Shown: piece by piece, positions 9,329-19,418 of the stretch
Layout: every line of letters starts with the position of its first letter
How positions within the stretch are numbered: the first letter of the stretch is position 1
DNA from: an uncultured Desulfospira sp.
Lineage (GTDB): Bacteria; Desulfobacterota; Desulfobacteria; Desulfobacterales; Desulfobacteraceae
Direction: 5' to 3'
NCBI GenBank assembly: GCA_963663165.1
Contig: OY760175.1
Coordinates: forward strand, 320,001-384,000
Length of the DNA stretch: 64,000 bases
Notes under the pieces: generated by a model
Database searches by the model: none
Told to the model about the DNA's origin: nothing
The model's input: the letters and a program-made list of their open reading frames with translations, nothing else
Translations under genes and position numbers: made by a program

Positions 9329-12300
9329 ATGAAACTGTTTCTTTATTGTGTTTTCGTACAATTGATCACTGCGGTATGTTACGCTGCCCCCCCGGTTGTT
9401 GTGCAGCCGGGCAAAGACAGATATTTTCTTGGCGGCCATATTGAAATCCTTGAAGACGCCCGGGATCAGTGGAGCATCGTTGATGTTATGAATCGTCATC
9501 GGGCGGGGCAGTTTAAAGACAGCAAACGCGATATCCCCAATTTCGGCTATACCCGGTCCGCCGTCTGGTTGAAATTTACAATTGAGCCCATGTGGCCCTA
9601 TCGCCACGAAATCCTTCTGGAGTTTGACTGGCCCCACGCTGATTTTATAGAGCTTTTCGTTTATACGGTAAATGAACACGGAATCTTCCGGGGAACCAAA
9701 CATAAACTGGCCGGACGAAAGGTATTGGTGGCGGACTGGGAGTACGCATACCGCAATTTTTTGTTCAACCTGCCCCTTGAAGCCCGGAAAACCCACATCG
9801 TTTTTATCAAACTTAAAACCGTCGACTCCCTCAGGGCCCCGTTAATGTTATGGGAGAAAGAGGCCTTCTGGCCTCACGCCAAAAATGAATACCATGTCCT
9901 GGGGTTTTATTATGGCCTGATGTTTGTGATCATTGTTTACAACCTGCTGGTCTACCTGACCACCAAAGACTTAAGTTTTCTTTTGTTTACCCTGCATATT
10001 GCGGCCACCGCCCTGTTTGAATTTTCATTCAACGGGCTGGCCACCGAGTATTTATGGCCCGGAGTTCCCGGGATTACCGTCATCAGCATGTCGGCCTTTG
10101 TTTTTCTGCTCACCGGGTTTGCGGTGATTTTCTCAAACCAGTTTTTAAATTTGAAAGAAAATTTCCCTTTTGGCTATAAATTATTAAACATTATTTTAGG
10201 GCTGTCGGTCGCGGGGCTGTTCGCCCTTTTGGTGATGCCGTCCCATATCGTTAACCCTTACACCGCCGGTCTGGCCGGTATCTTTCCGCCGGTCCTGTTA
10301 TGGACGAGTTTTCGGTGTGTCAAACTAAAGATTCCGTTTTCAAAACATTTTATTTTCATATGGACCCTGATGCTGATTGCCACCGCAATTGCCGGGTTGA
10401 CGTTTTTAGGCGTTCTTCCCCACACCAGCTTTACCAATTATTTTCACCAGGTCTGCTCTGCCCTGGAAGCCATCTTATTTTCCATTGTTCTTGCCGGCCG
10501 GATTAATGTGCTCCGGGAAAAAAATAAAGCAATTGAACTTCACGGGTTGCAGGTCGAAAAGGAACGGGCCGCGGCCCAGGCCTCTTCCCAGGCCAAAAGT
10601 GCGTTTCTGGCCAACATGAGCCATGAAATCCGCACCCCCATCAATGCCGTTACCGGCATGCTCTACTTGTTAAAACAAACCGATCTGACCCCTGTCCAGC
10701 AGGATTTCACAGAAAAAATGAGGGTGGCGGCCAACACACTGTTGGGGATTATCAACGACATCCTGGATATTTCAAAAATCGAGGCGGGAAAGCTGAAGCT
10801 TGAGCATATTGATTTTGATCTTGGGACGGTGATTGAGAATGTCACCACGCTGGTGGAAATGAAAACCGCCGAGAAAAACCTGGATCTGGTGGTGGCCTGT
10901 GATGATGTTCCCTGTACGGCTTTATACGGTGATCCGCTCAGGCTGGGCCAGATCCTGACAAACCTGGTCAACAATGCGGTAAAATTTACTGAAACAGGCC
11001 AGATCGGCATCTACTGCAGAAAAATCGGAACCGACCGGTTCCGGTTTGATGTGAAAGATACCGGCATTGGCATGACAAAACAGGAGATGGACCGGTTGTT
11101 TCAAGCCTTTTCCCAGGCCGATATCTCCACTACCCGGAAGTATGGCGGTACCGGCCTTGGCCTGGCTATTTCCAAGCGCTTGGTTGAAATGATGGATGGT
11201 AAAATCTGGGTGGAAAGCCAGCCCGGAAAAGGCACCTGCTTTTCCTTTGAAGCCACCATTATAGAACAGCCGGACAAGGCCACTGAAACATCCGGCGATA
11301 TGGCTTTTTCCGTTAAAGGGACTGAACCTCAATTAGAACAAAGCAATGATCCGGCGTTTTTGGAAAACCAGCTGACCAGCCTTAAGGGAAGCCATATTCT
11401 TCTGGTGGAGGACAACAAGATCAACCGCGAGATTATCTGCGGCATGCTGGCCAACAGCGGGATCATGATCAGCGAGGCGGAAAACGGACAGATCGCCCTT
11501 GACATGTACCGGAAAGATCCCGACGTGTATGAACTGATTTTAATGGACATCCAGATGCCTGTGATGGACGGGTATGAAGCCACCCGGCAGATCCGCCGGA
11601 TAGACACCAATGTCCCCATCATTGCCCTCACGGCCAGCGCCATGGACAGTGATGTGGCACAGGCCATTAAAATGGGTGTTAACAAACATATTGGAAAGCC
11701 CATAGAAGTGCCCCAGCTATTTGGGGTCTTGCTCCAGTTTATCCCCAGAAAATGTGATCCTAAAAGCCTGCCATCTTTCCTTAACACCGATCAATCTGCG
11801 CCAGGGGAAGATTCAGAACCGCCGGCCCAGGCCGAACCGTTAAATTTTACCCACATTGATGTGCCGGACGGATTGAAGCGTGTTATGGGAAACAAGACCC
11901 TTTACAGCAAACTTTTGACCGATTTTGTTCATGAATACCAGGGGATTACGGCCAAACTCGAAGTCCTGATGGATAATGATCCGGGACAGGCCGTGCGCAT
12001 TGCCCACACCGTCAAGGGGCTTTCGGGAAGTATCGGTGCCCACAACCTTAGCAACCTTGCCGGACAGCTTGAGGACACGCAGGATCAGGCCCTGCTGCCC
12101 GCCTTTGATGCGGCCTTGGCCGGGGTGATTGACGAGATCATGGCAAGCCCGGTTTTTCAACCCCGAAAGCCCGCCACGGACAAAAAAACAGTCATTGGCC
12201 AACATGGTGACGATTTATGGCTAAAATTGGCACAGGCTGTTGAAAAACGCCGCCCCCAGCATATCAAACCCGTCCTTGCAAAGCTTGAAGAGGCGGCCTT

Positions 12301-12433
12301 AGATGCCAAAGACCAACAGCTTCTGGAAAAGGTGGCCAAGGCGTTGGAAAAGTACAGATTCAGCAACGCCCTGGATGAAATCAAACAGTATAAAAATTTC
12401 AAGGCTGAAGCGGGGCCGGTTGAAGGGGAATAG
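9329..12433 (+). CDS. 7TM-DISM hybrid sensor histidine kinase (HisKA-HATPase-REC-Hpt)
   Basis: 7TMR-DISMED2 motif [13 protein letters not shown], multiple TMs, [38 protein letters not shown]. Confidence 0.93.
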   Translation: MKLFLYCVFVQLITAVCYAAPPVVVQPGKDRYFLGGHIEILEDARDQWSIVDVMNRHRAGQFKDSKRDIPNFGYTRSAVWLKFTIEPMWPYRHEILLEFDWPHADFIELFVYTVNEHGIFRGTKHKLAGRKVLVADWEYAYRNFLFNLPLEARKTHIVFIKLKTVDSLRAPLMLWEKEAFWPHAKNEYHVLGFYYGLMFVIIVYNLLVYLTTKDLSFLLFTLHIAATALFEFSFNGLATEYLWPGVPGITVISMSAFVFLLTGFAVIFSNQFLNLKENFPFGYKLLNIILGLSVAGLFALLVMPSHIVNPYTAGLAGIFPPVLLWTSFRCVKLKIPFSKHFIFIWTLMLIATAIAGLTFLGVLPHTSFTNYFHQVCSALEAILFSIVLAGRINVLREKNKAIELHGLQVEKERAAAQASSQAKSAFLANMSHEIRTPINAVTGMLYLLKQTDLTPVQQDFTEKMRVAANTLLGIINDILDISKIEAGKLKLEHIDFDLGTVIENVTTLVEMKTAEKNLDLVVACDDVPCTALYGDPLRLGQILTNLVNNAVKFTETGQIGIYCRKIGTDRFRFDVKDTGIGMTKQEMDRLFQAFSQADISTTRKYGGTGLGLAISKRLVEMMDGKIWVESQPGKGTCFSFEATIIEQPDKATETSGDMAFSVKGTEPQLEQSNDPAFLENQLTSLKGSHILLVEDNKINREIICGMLANSGIMISEAENGQIALDMYRKDPDVYELILMDIQMPVMDGYEATRQIRRIDTNVPIIALTASAMDSDVAQAIKMGVNKHIGKPIEVPQLFGVLLQFIPRKCDPKSLPSFLNTDQSAPGEDSEPPAQAEPLNFTHIDVPDGLKRVMGNKTLYSKLLTDFVHEYQGITAKLEVLMDNDPGQAVRIAHTVKGLSGSIGAHNLSNLAGQLEDTQDQALLPAFDAALAGVIDEIMASPVFQPRKPATDKKTVIGQHGDDLWLKLAQAVEKRRPQHIKPVLAKLEEAALDAKDQQLLEKVAKALEKYRFSNALDEIKQYKNFKAEAGPVEGE

Positions 12434-12474
12434 CCTTACCTCCTTGCGCCTGAACCCCTTCAGCCGGATTCCTT

Positions 12475-14532
12475 CTAAATCGAAAATTTTTCAGTCATGG
12501 CCCGAAGCTGGGTCATGACTTCAGTCAATGTCCGGGCCTTTTCCTTCACCTGGGATGAAAATTCATTAATCTGCTGGGAGGCCTCAAGGACATCCCCGAT
12601 TTCATGAGCCACCTGTCCCGATGCACTGGAACTTTGGGCCACATTTTCATTGACCTCGCTGATCCCAAGGGAAACTTGGCCGATATTTTCGGCAATATCG
12701 GTGGTGGCCGCGGACTGGGCATCAATGGCCTGGCTCGATTCGGTGACAAAGGCATTGATATTGTCGATGATGCCGGAAATATTTTGAATTTCCGTGACCG
12801 CGCCGCTGATCTGGCCCTGTATTTCCTGAATGTTCCGGGTAATGTCTTCGGTGGCACCGGCGGTCTGGCCGGCCAGATCCTTGATTTCAGTGGCCACCAC
12901 GGCAAAGCCTTTGCCGGCTTCGCCTGCCCTTGCCGCTTCAATGGTGGCATTTAAGGCCAGCAGATTGATCTGGGATGAGATGTTGGTGATGGTATCGGTA
13001 ACCTTGTTGATTTCTTCGGCAGCCCTGCCAAGCTGCTGAACCCGTTTGGATGTCAGTCCGGCCTGTTCAACCGCCTTTTCCGTGATTTCCCGGGTATTGT
13101 TGGAATTCTGGGCCACCTGCTGCAAGTTGGTTTTCATCTGGTTGGTGGCCTTGGCCACGGTTTCCACATTAATGCTGGCCTGTTCCATGGATGCGGCCAC
13201 AGAATCCATGTTGGCGCTGACCTGTTCGGCCGCTGATGCCACGGTATTGACTTTGTTGACGCTGGTCTGGGCCCCTGAATTCATCCGGTCGGAAATCTGG
13301 TTGAGTTCACTGGAGGCCTGGCTCAAGGTGTCCACATTCAAATTCAGGTTCCTGATCAGGTCTGCCAGTCCCGTTACCATCTCGTTCATGGAGGTTACGG
13401 TATCCTTGATGGCGTCTTTTGCCTTATAGGTGAAACTGTGGTTGAAGTTGCCTTTGGCCACTTCCCTGGCCAGGGTGGCCATGCCGTTCATGTTGTTCAT
13501 GAGCTGGCGGTTCATCAGGGAGATGATCAACAGCCCAAGGGCAAAGGCAATAATGCCGCTTAAACCTGAACTGACCAGGATCTGTCTGTTGATGCCGGCC
13601 ATGAGTTCTTTTTCAGATACTGCCACGGTAAAATACATGTCCCATGGCTCAAAATAATTCACAAACCCGTAATACGGGGTGTGGTCATATTCATAGGTGA
13701 TAAACCCGGTCCGGGTTTCAAGGATGCTTTGTCCGCCGGTAAAATCATTGACGTTGAGTTTGGTATAGGCCGGGTCCGGGTGGGTCAGGATCCGGCCGGT
13801 TCCGTCACAGATAAAGGAGTAGCCGTTTCCATTAACATTAACCTTTTTCACCATGTCCGCAAGGCTCGGCGTCAGGATGGTCCGGCAAACACCGTAGGCC
13901 CCGGCCATGGTTCCCTCTAACTGGTCTTTGAAGGGGGACAGGCTGCAAAGGGCCTTTTGTTCTCCTGAACCCACTAAAAAAGAAATCGCTTTCCCCTGGG
14001 AGACGGCTTTGAACTGCGCTGTGTCAGCAGCATAAAAACCGCCGATGGGCCGGGATTTGTCCTCATTTTTCAAGGTCGTGGACACCTTAACCAGTTTGTC
14101 GTCAAACAATTGGAAGTAGCTGATTTCTGAATCACTGAACTGGCCGGCCTTGTCCACAAGCTCGTATTCGCCGGTAACAAAGGTGAGACCAAACAGCAGT
14201 TTGGGCAGGGAGGCCGTTGTCTTTTTGGCTGTGGCAACGTCGAAAATTTCCATTTCTGCTTGCTGGGAGCCTAAAAATGACGCCGTTCCTGAGCTTTCGC
14301 TTTCTGTGCGCAGGATGCCGATGTCAGAGTTGAGTTTGTCTTCTTGCAGGTCGTGCTGGATTCCAACCGTGCCCAAAAGAACATCGGAAACACTCTGGAT
14401 GCCGGCCTTTCCTTTGGCAAGAAAGGTGGTTTTGGTCTGATAGAAATTAACTGCAGCGATAATGAGGATGGTCAGCAAGATAATTCCCATGGAGGACATG
14501 TACAGTTTTTTCCCAAATCCAATTGAGTTCAT
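12475..14532 (-). CDS. Methyl-accepting chemotaxis protein with Cache domain
   Basis: Two TMs, GYSFICD...LTHP Cache motif, [27 protein letters not shown]. Confidence 0.95.
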   Translation of the reverse strand: MNSIGFGKKLYMSSMGIILLTILIIAAVNFYQTKTTFLAKGKAGIQSVSDVLLGTVGIQHDLQEDKLNSDIGILRTESESSGTASFLGSQQAEMEIFDVATAKKTTASLPKLLFGLTFVTGEYELVDKAGQFSDSEISYFQLFDDKLVKVSTTLKNEDKSRPIGGFYAADTAQFKAVSQGKAISFLVGSGEQKALCSLSPFKDQLEGTMAGAYGVCRTILTPSLADMVKKVNVNGNGYSFICDGTGRILTHPDPAYTKLNVNDFTGGQSILETRTGFITYEYDHTPYYGFVNYFEPWDMYFTVAVSEKELMAGINRQILVSSGLSGIIAFALGLLIISLMNRQLMNNMNGMATLAREVAKGNFNHSFTYKAKDAIKDTVTSMNEMVTGLADLIRNLNLNVDTLSQASSELNQISDRMNSGAQTSVNKVNTVASAAEQVSANMDSVAASMEQASINVETVAKATNQMKTNLQQVAQNSNNTREITEKAVEQAGLTSKRVQQLGRAAEEINKVTDTITNISSQINLLALNATIEAARAGEAGKGFAVVATEIKDLAGQTAGATEDITRNIQEIQGQISGAVTEIQNISGIIDNINAFVTESSQAIDAQSAATTDIAENIGQVSLGISEVNENVAQSSSASGQVAHEIGDVLEASQQINEFSSQVKEKARTLTEVMTQLRAMTEKFSI

Positions 14533-14859
14533 TACTAGCTCCCTTTTTTTTGTTAAGCAGTTGACAATACGCTTCTTTGAATAATGGGGAACGGCCTTTT
14601 TGTCAATAGAAACAGTAAAATAAAGTGGTTAAGGAAAGAAAAAAAGCAGTTCCTATATCGCATTGTTTTCGCAATTTTCGATGCGCAAAGATTTGGCGGG
14701 AGACGGTTTGCGATTTATTTAAATGTGAAGCCAATTTTGGTGGGTCGAGTTTATCTTGCTATTAAAGAGGGTTAAGTGGCGGTGGGTTATGCAGGTTGTT
14801 GATTGAGGCGACGAAGTCAGAAATCGTCGATGTTTTTGTGATTTCATTTTTTGCGAAGG

Positions 14860-15020
14860 ATGGACCATCCCTTTCATTCTATTGGGGGCGATTTCCCCGG
14901 GAATATTTGCCGGCATTATCCCGAATCGTCGAAAATTCTCCGAATCATCCAGCCGGATGATTCAGGTTTCGTTAGAAAGGCAGATGGTATTTGCATTCCG
15001 GCGTATCATGGGATAAGCTT
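14860..15020 (-). pseudogene. Possible decayed IS200-type TnpA fragment
   Basis: SLSHDTPECKYHLPF resembles the TnpA N-terminus SLSHxxWxCKYHxxF; stops and frameshift follow. Confidence 0.3.
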
Positions 15021-15051
15021 GCCGGGCTCTCGGGTAAGATCGGTTTAAACA

Positions 15052-15194
15052 GTGCCTGACCGAAAACCCGCGTTTGGGGGAAAAGTTGCCCAGATGCAAG
15101 GCGCAGGAAAAGCTGCAACCGGAGCAATCTTGGGGTTGTGAGGATTGCAGCTTTTCCTGCAACGCAGCAGATGGGTGACTTTTCGTTCAAACAC
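15052..15194 (-). mobile_element. MITE copy 2 (diverged, 143 bp)
   Basis: Same TIRs and body as 8687-8831; flanks TAAACA / TAAATA. Confidence 0.88.
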
Positions 15195-15210
15195 TAAATA
15201 GACGGAAAGG

Positions 15211-15804
15211 ATGATAATGAAACATATTTTGAGCATACTGGGGCGGCTGTTGTACCGCGCCATGGGATGGACCTATGACACCCTTCCCGAATACTGGACC
15301 GATAAATGCGTGGTCATCGGGTTTCCCCACACCAAAAATATGGACACGGTCCGGGCGCTGACCTATATCAAGGTCGCCAAAGTCCGGGCCCGGCTCCTGG
15401 TCAAGGCGGAATGGTTTTTCTTTCCCATGTCGATCCTGCTCAGGGGCTTAGGGGGCATGCCCGTCAAAAGGGACAAGGCCCATGGGTTTGTGGTCAGTGT
15501 GGCCCAAGAATTTGATAAACGGGAAAAACTGGTGCTGGCCCTGGTGCCCGAGGGCACCCGGAAAAAAGTGGGCACCATCAAAACCGGATTCTGGTACATT
15601 GCCAAAGCCGCCGATGTCCCCATTATCTGCTGGTACCTGGACAACGAGCTCAAAAGAACCCGGTGGATCGGCCGAATTCATCCGGGAGAAAGCCTTGAGG
15701 CAGACCTGACCTTAATCAAAGACCTGTATGAAAAAGCCGGGTTTTCAATCCCCTTGAACAACCTTGCCCCGGCTGCCGGCCAAGTGCCTGCCGGTGCACA
15801 GTGA
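15211..15804 (+). CDS. 1-acyl-sn-glycerol-3-phosphate acyltransferase family protein
   Basis: PHTKNMD (HxxxxD) and PEGTR motifs. Confidence 0.85.
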   Translation: MIMKHILSILGRLLYRAMGWTYDTLPEYWTDKCVVIGFPHTKNMDTVRALTYIKVAKVRARLLVKAEWFFFPMSILLRGLGGMPVKRDKAHGFVVSVAQEFDKREKLVLALVPEGTRKKVGTIKTGFWYIAKAADVPIICWYLDNELKRTRWIGRIHPGESLEADLTLIKDLYEKAGFSIPLNNLAPAAGQVPAGAQ

Positions 15805-15840
15805 TATGGCCGGTTAACCCGTCTGAACAGGGTAATTGAA

Positions 15841-15932
15841 TGGAGACCGGGAACCGGAGACCGGAGGCCGGAATGCGTAAACCTGAGGGGGTCGCGATTT
15901 CCGGTCTCCCGTCTCCTTTTCTCCGGTTTCCG
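15841..15932. repeat. GGAGACC-type heptamer inverted array
   Basis: GGAGACC GGGAACC GGAGACC GGAGGCC ... CCGGTCTCCCGTCTCC...CCGGTTTCCG between convergent genes. Confidence 0.7.
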
Positions 15933-16049
15933 TTTTTTACATTATCATCCATCCTCACATATCAAACCGGTCGAAAAGGCGGAGAATCGGGGCCAACGTT
16001 GATCTGCCGCAGCCCCGGTGATCATCGGTTCAGATCAAACATGCCGGGG

Positions 16050-16388
16050 TTACCGGGGTGCCCAAAGGACCATCTGGGGTTTGGTGATCTGTTGGGCCAA
16101 GTCCTCAATTGTTCCATAGGTCATGCAGGCGGCCATGCAGGTCTGGACACAGGCCGGCAAAAGCCCTTTGGCTGTCCGCCCGGCACACAAAATACACAGC
16201 TGGGTGGGCATGGGAATAAACTTGAGGTAGTGCTTGTCCTTGGGAAGGTTTTCCACCACCTCGGTGACCCTTATCCCCCCCATGCCTGCCGGCCATTTAT
16301 ACTCCTGGGCACAGGCCACCTGGCAGGCGTAGCATCCCGTGCAGAATTCATAGTCTATCAGTAAACCGTATCGGGGTTTTGTCGTCAT
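16050..16388 (-). CDS. 4Fe-4S small subunit of molybdopterin oxidoreductase
   Basis: YGLLIDYEFCTGCYACQVAC, CILC, PACVQTC. Confidence 0.88.
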   Translation of the reverse strand: MTTKPRYGLLIDYEFCTGCYACQVACAQEYKWPAGMGGIRVTEVVENLPKDKHYLKFIPMPTQLCILCAGRTAKGLLPACVQTCMAACMTYGTIEDLAQQITKPQMVLWAPR

Positions 16389-16405
16389 AATCTTCTTTCC
16401 TTAAA

Positions 16406-16585
16406 CCGTCACGGACGGCTTGGATTATCCAACCCAGAACCGTCAATAACGAAAAATTTATGTCTTTTCAGTTTGTTAGTGATACTTTCATATAACAGCC
16501 ACGGGCTGATTTGGTTATCCAACCAAGATCCGCCCACAACAAATATTGAAAGTCTTTACGGGTAGTTAGTCAGACTTTCATATAA
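16406..16585. repeat. Two tandem copies of a 90-bp structured repeat
   Basis: Units 16406-16495 and 16496-16585, each ending ACTTTCATATAA; homologous to 21420-21509 and 45233-45322. Confidence 0.88.
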
Positions 16586-16593
16586 AATAATAT

Positions 16594-16627
16594 AACGCAG
16601 CAAATGGGCAAGTTTTCGTTCAAACAC
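16594..16627 (-). mobile_element. Terminal fragment of the 145-bp MITE
   Basis: GTGTTTGAACGAAAACTTGCCCATTTGCTGCGTT, 3 mismatches in 34 nt to the MITE left end. Confidence 0.75.
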
Positions 16628-19052
16628 GGTAGACTTTGCACATGAGCTGCTTGGTAATGGTCCCTAACCCATCCTTGCCCTGGGAACCCATGGGCATGAG
16701 CTGGCTGATGTTGGATTCCCACATGCCGTACAGGGAAGGTTCGGCCCCGTCTTTTTCCGGGAACCACCAGCCATAGGCCGCCATAACCATCCACCGGGGA
16801 ACAATGGGGGAAACCTTGGCCTTGAGTTTGCATTTGCCAAGCCAGTTCTCCACCCATACCCATTCGCCGTTTGAAATGTTCAACGAGGCGGCCGTGTCGG
16901 GATGGATCTCGAGTTCCGGGTCCGGGTCAATATCCCGCAGCCAGGGAATGTTCCGGTGTTCAGAGCAGAAGAACACCGGGGAGCGCCGGCCCGTGGACAG
17001 GATCAGGGGGTATTCCTTGGACAGGTCCGGCCGGCTTTCCGGGGTAAAGGGCGGCTCCTCATAATGGGGAAAAGGATCAAGCTGCCATTCTTCTCTCAGG
17101 GTGGAATAAAGCTCAAGTTTTCCGGACGGGGTCTGGAATCCGGGCCTGCCGTCCTTTCTGAGCAGCCCTTTTTCATACCGTCGGTAAGGGGCGGTGGAAT
17201 GCCCTTCAGGCGGGATGTCCCATCCTTTTTCCTGAAGCTGGTCAAAGGTCATGCCCGAGGGTTTTAAAATATCGTCAAACAGCTCATGGACATTGTTCCA
17301 TTTCAAAGAGGGGTCAAACCGCTTGGCCAGCTCAAAGTTGATCTCCACATCCGGCTTACACCCCTCCACGGTCATGGCCTTGTTGATGGTCTGCAAGGGG
17401 ACCCACCAGCTTCGAATGCTGTCTTTTTCAAGGAAACTGGTGGCCGGCAAAATCAGGTCCGCCATCTGGCAGGTCGGGGTCATAAACAGGTCCACCACCA
17501 CCATGAAATCCAGTTTTTTAAGGGCCTTGATCCATTTTTTGGGATCATAGGCAATGCCCCCTAAAAGGTTGCAGCACTGGACCCACATGCCCTTGACCGG
17601 GTAAGGGTCCTCTGAAAGCATCTGGTCCAGCATGGTGTCGGTCTGGGTCCGCCAGACAAACTGCCGGAAGGGGCCGTATTCTTCGTACCCGATCCGTTTT
17701 TTATCGATCTCTTTGGAGGCCAGCTTGATCACCCCTTTGGCCCCGGGAAGGGCATAAGCCACCGCATCATGGGCATACCGGGCAATGACATTCCCGCCGG
17801 GCACATCCAGGTTCCCGCAGATGCTCCACAGGCAGGCAATGGCCGTGGCCGTCGGGGTCATGCCCGGGGTGGAGTCAATGGCAAGGCCCCACTGGATGGT
17901 GGCCGGCTTGCTCTTGGCATACATCCGGGCCGTCTCAATGATATCTTTTTCATCGAGCATGGTGAGCTTTGCCACCTTTTCCACGGGATATTGGGCGGCT
18001 TCTTCACAGAACCTGGTCCAAACCGGCACTGCCGTGACCAGGCTGCCGTCCTTTAATGGGATTTGAAATTCGCCCTCCAGGGCCGGGGATAGAGCGGCTG
18101 TCTTGTATGCGGCCCCCTGGGAATCCCAGATCACCGGGGCCTTGGTTTCCAGATCCCAGACCAGAAAGTTCTGATCTGACCCATCGGCGGCCAGGTCACT
18201 TTCCCGGACAAGTTTTCCGGTATCTGTCCGGATCAAATGGGAGGCATTGGTCCATTGTTTTACAAAATTTTTATCATAGAGTTCCTCCTGGATCACAATG
18301 TTGAGAAACCCCATGGCCAGTGCCCCGTCCGTCCCCGGTCTGAGGGGCAGCCATTTATCGGACCGGGAGGCAAACCAGGTGAGGCGCGGATCAATGGTGA
18401 TGAGTTTGGCCCCTTTTTTCATCAAATCCGTGGCCCAGTGGCCAAAGATATTGTCCGGGCAGGAGGCATTGATATTGTATCCCCAGATCACAATGGTTTC
18501 GGGCACTTCGTACCGCTCATCATCATGGCCTTTGGGCAGCCACTGCCCCCCGTCAAATATGCAGTAATCCCCCAGCACCGTTTCAGAGGCCACAATCCTT
18601 GGGGTATAACAGCCGTTCCCGCTCATGGAAAATGAGACATTGGGACTGCCAAAGGCATAGGCCAGCATACAGATCCAGGCGCCGACATCCCGGCCGGTGC
18701 CCATGGAAAACACCACGCTTTCGGCCCCATGTTCCTCCCGGATGGCCCCGAATTTTTCTTCCACCAGGTCAAAGGCCTCATCCCAGGAGATGGGCGCCCA
18801 TTTGTTCTCGCCCCGTTCCCCCACCCGTTTTAAAGGCTGTGTGAGCCGGTCGGGATGGTGAACGTACTGGGTCATGGAAAGACACCGGGAACACAGCCGC
18901 CCCTTGTTCATGGGGTGGTCCGGGTCCCCTTCGATTTTGATAAGCTTTCCGTCTTTGATATGGGCCAGCACCCCGCACCCGCCATGGCACCCGGGGCCGG
19001 CAGACCAGGTGGTGGTCCGTACAACTTTGGTATCATGAATACCAGTGGTCAT
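16620..19052 (-). CDS. Molybdopterin/tungsten bisPGD oxidoreductase, catalytic subunit (no Tat signal)
   Basis: WSAGPGCHGGCG...LCSRC Fe-S motif, HPDRLTQPLKR, LRPGTDGALA, TPSGKLEL, EIHPDTA. Confidence 0.92.
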   Translation of the reverse strand: MTTGIHDTKVVRTTTWSAGPGCHGGCGVLAHIKDGKLIKIEGDPDHPMNKGRLCSRCLSMTQYVHHPDRLTQPLKRVGERGENKWAPISWDEAFDLVEEKFGAIREEHGAESVVFSMGTGRDVGAWICMLAYAFGSPNVSFSMSGNGCYTPRIVASETVLGDYCIFDGGQWLPKGHDDERYEVPETIVIWGYNINASCPDNIFGHWATDLMKKGAKLITIDPRLTWFASRSDKWLPLRPGTDGALAMGFLNIVIQEELYDKNFVKQWTNASHLIRTDTGKLVRESDLAADGSDQNFLVWDLETKAPVIWDSQGAAYKTAALSPALEGEFQIPLKDGSLVTAVPVWTRFCEEAAQYPVEKVAKLTMLDEKDIIETARMYAKSKPATIQWGLAIDSTPGMTPTATAIACLWSICGNLDVPGGNVIARYAHDAVAYALPGAKGVIKLASKEIDKKRIGYEEYGPFRQFVWRTQTDTMLDQMLSEDPYPVKGMWVQCCNLLGGIAYDPKKWIKALKKLDFMVVVDLFMTPTCQMADLILPATSFLEKDSIRSWWVPLQTINKAMTVEGCKPDVEINFELAKRFDPSLKWNNVHELFDDILKPSGMTFDQLQEKGWDIPPEGHSTAPYRRYEKGLLRKDGRPGFQTPSGKLELYSTLREEWQLDPFPHYEEPPFTPESRPDLSKEYPLILSTGRRSPVFFCSEHRNIPWLRDIDPDPELEIHPDTAASLNISNGEWVWVENWLGKCKLKAKVSPIVPRWMVMAAYGWWFPEKDGAEPSLYGMWESNISQLMPMGSQGKDGLGTITKQLMCKVYRV

Positions 19053-19418
19053 GATTTTTATTCCTTTACCGTAAAAACAGGTTGTGGTTTCAGCAGTTAA
19101 TTCTCATTTTTTTTTGTGTTTATACCAGCTGTCTGCTGTATTCGTAAACCTTTCCCTTGAATCATTTTTTTTCTTTACACCCGCTTGCGGCCGTCATATT
19201 ACCGGACAGGCGCGTTTCTCTGTCTTTTTTTGCACCACCGAAAAAAAAGAGTATAAAATGAAAAACCTGATGGGGATGGTCTGTCTGGGGATAGGGCTTT
19301 AAAATAAGGGCTGCGCGTTTGGAAATGAGACCGTTGAACCGGTAGGAGAAGGGGCAGCCCTAAAGGAACTGGAAGGGCTCAAGTTCTTCGGGCCGCTTGA
19401 ATAAATACCTGCCAAAGC

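Noticed and set aside
14962..15263. Short ORFs of 66-72 aa overlapping MITE copy 2
   Set aside because: They are translations of the MITE, also seen at 20182-20363
15716..15958. Small ORFs over heptamer arrays (also 40213-40698, 45050-45381, 49764-50065)
   Set aside because: Low-complexity translations of the repeats, with no coding signal
16406..16585. Tandem 90-bp units as a CRISPR array
   Set aside because: Homology covers the whole unit, there are no unique spacers, and no cas genes are in the window
16620..19052. Selenocysteine recoding in the Mo enzyme
   Set aside because: The ORF is open end to end with no in-frame TGA, and Cys occupies the candidate ligand position
19306..19361. 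AGGGCTGC...GCAGCCCT stem as a Moco/Wco riboswitch
   Set aside because: No recognisable motif consensus; compatible with an ordinary hairpin after the CPA2 gene
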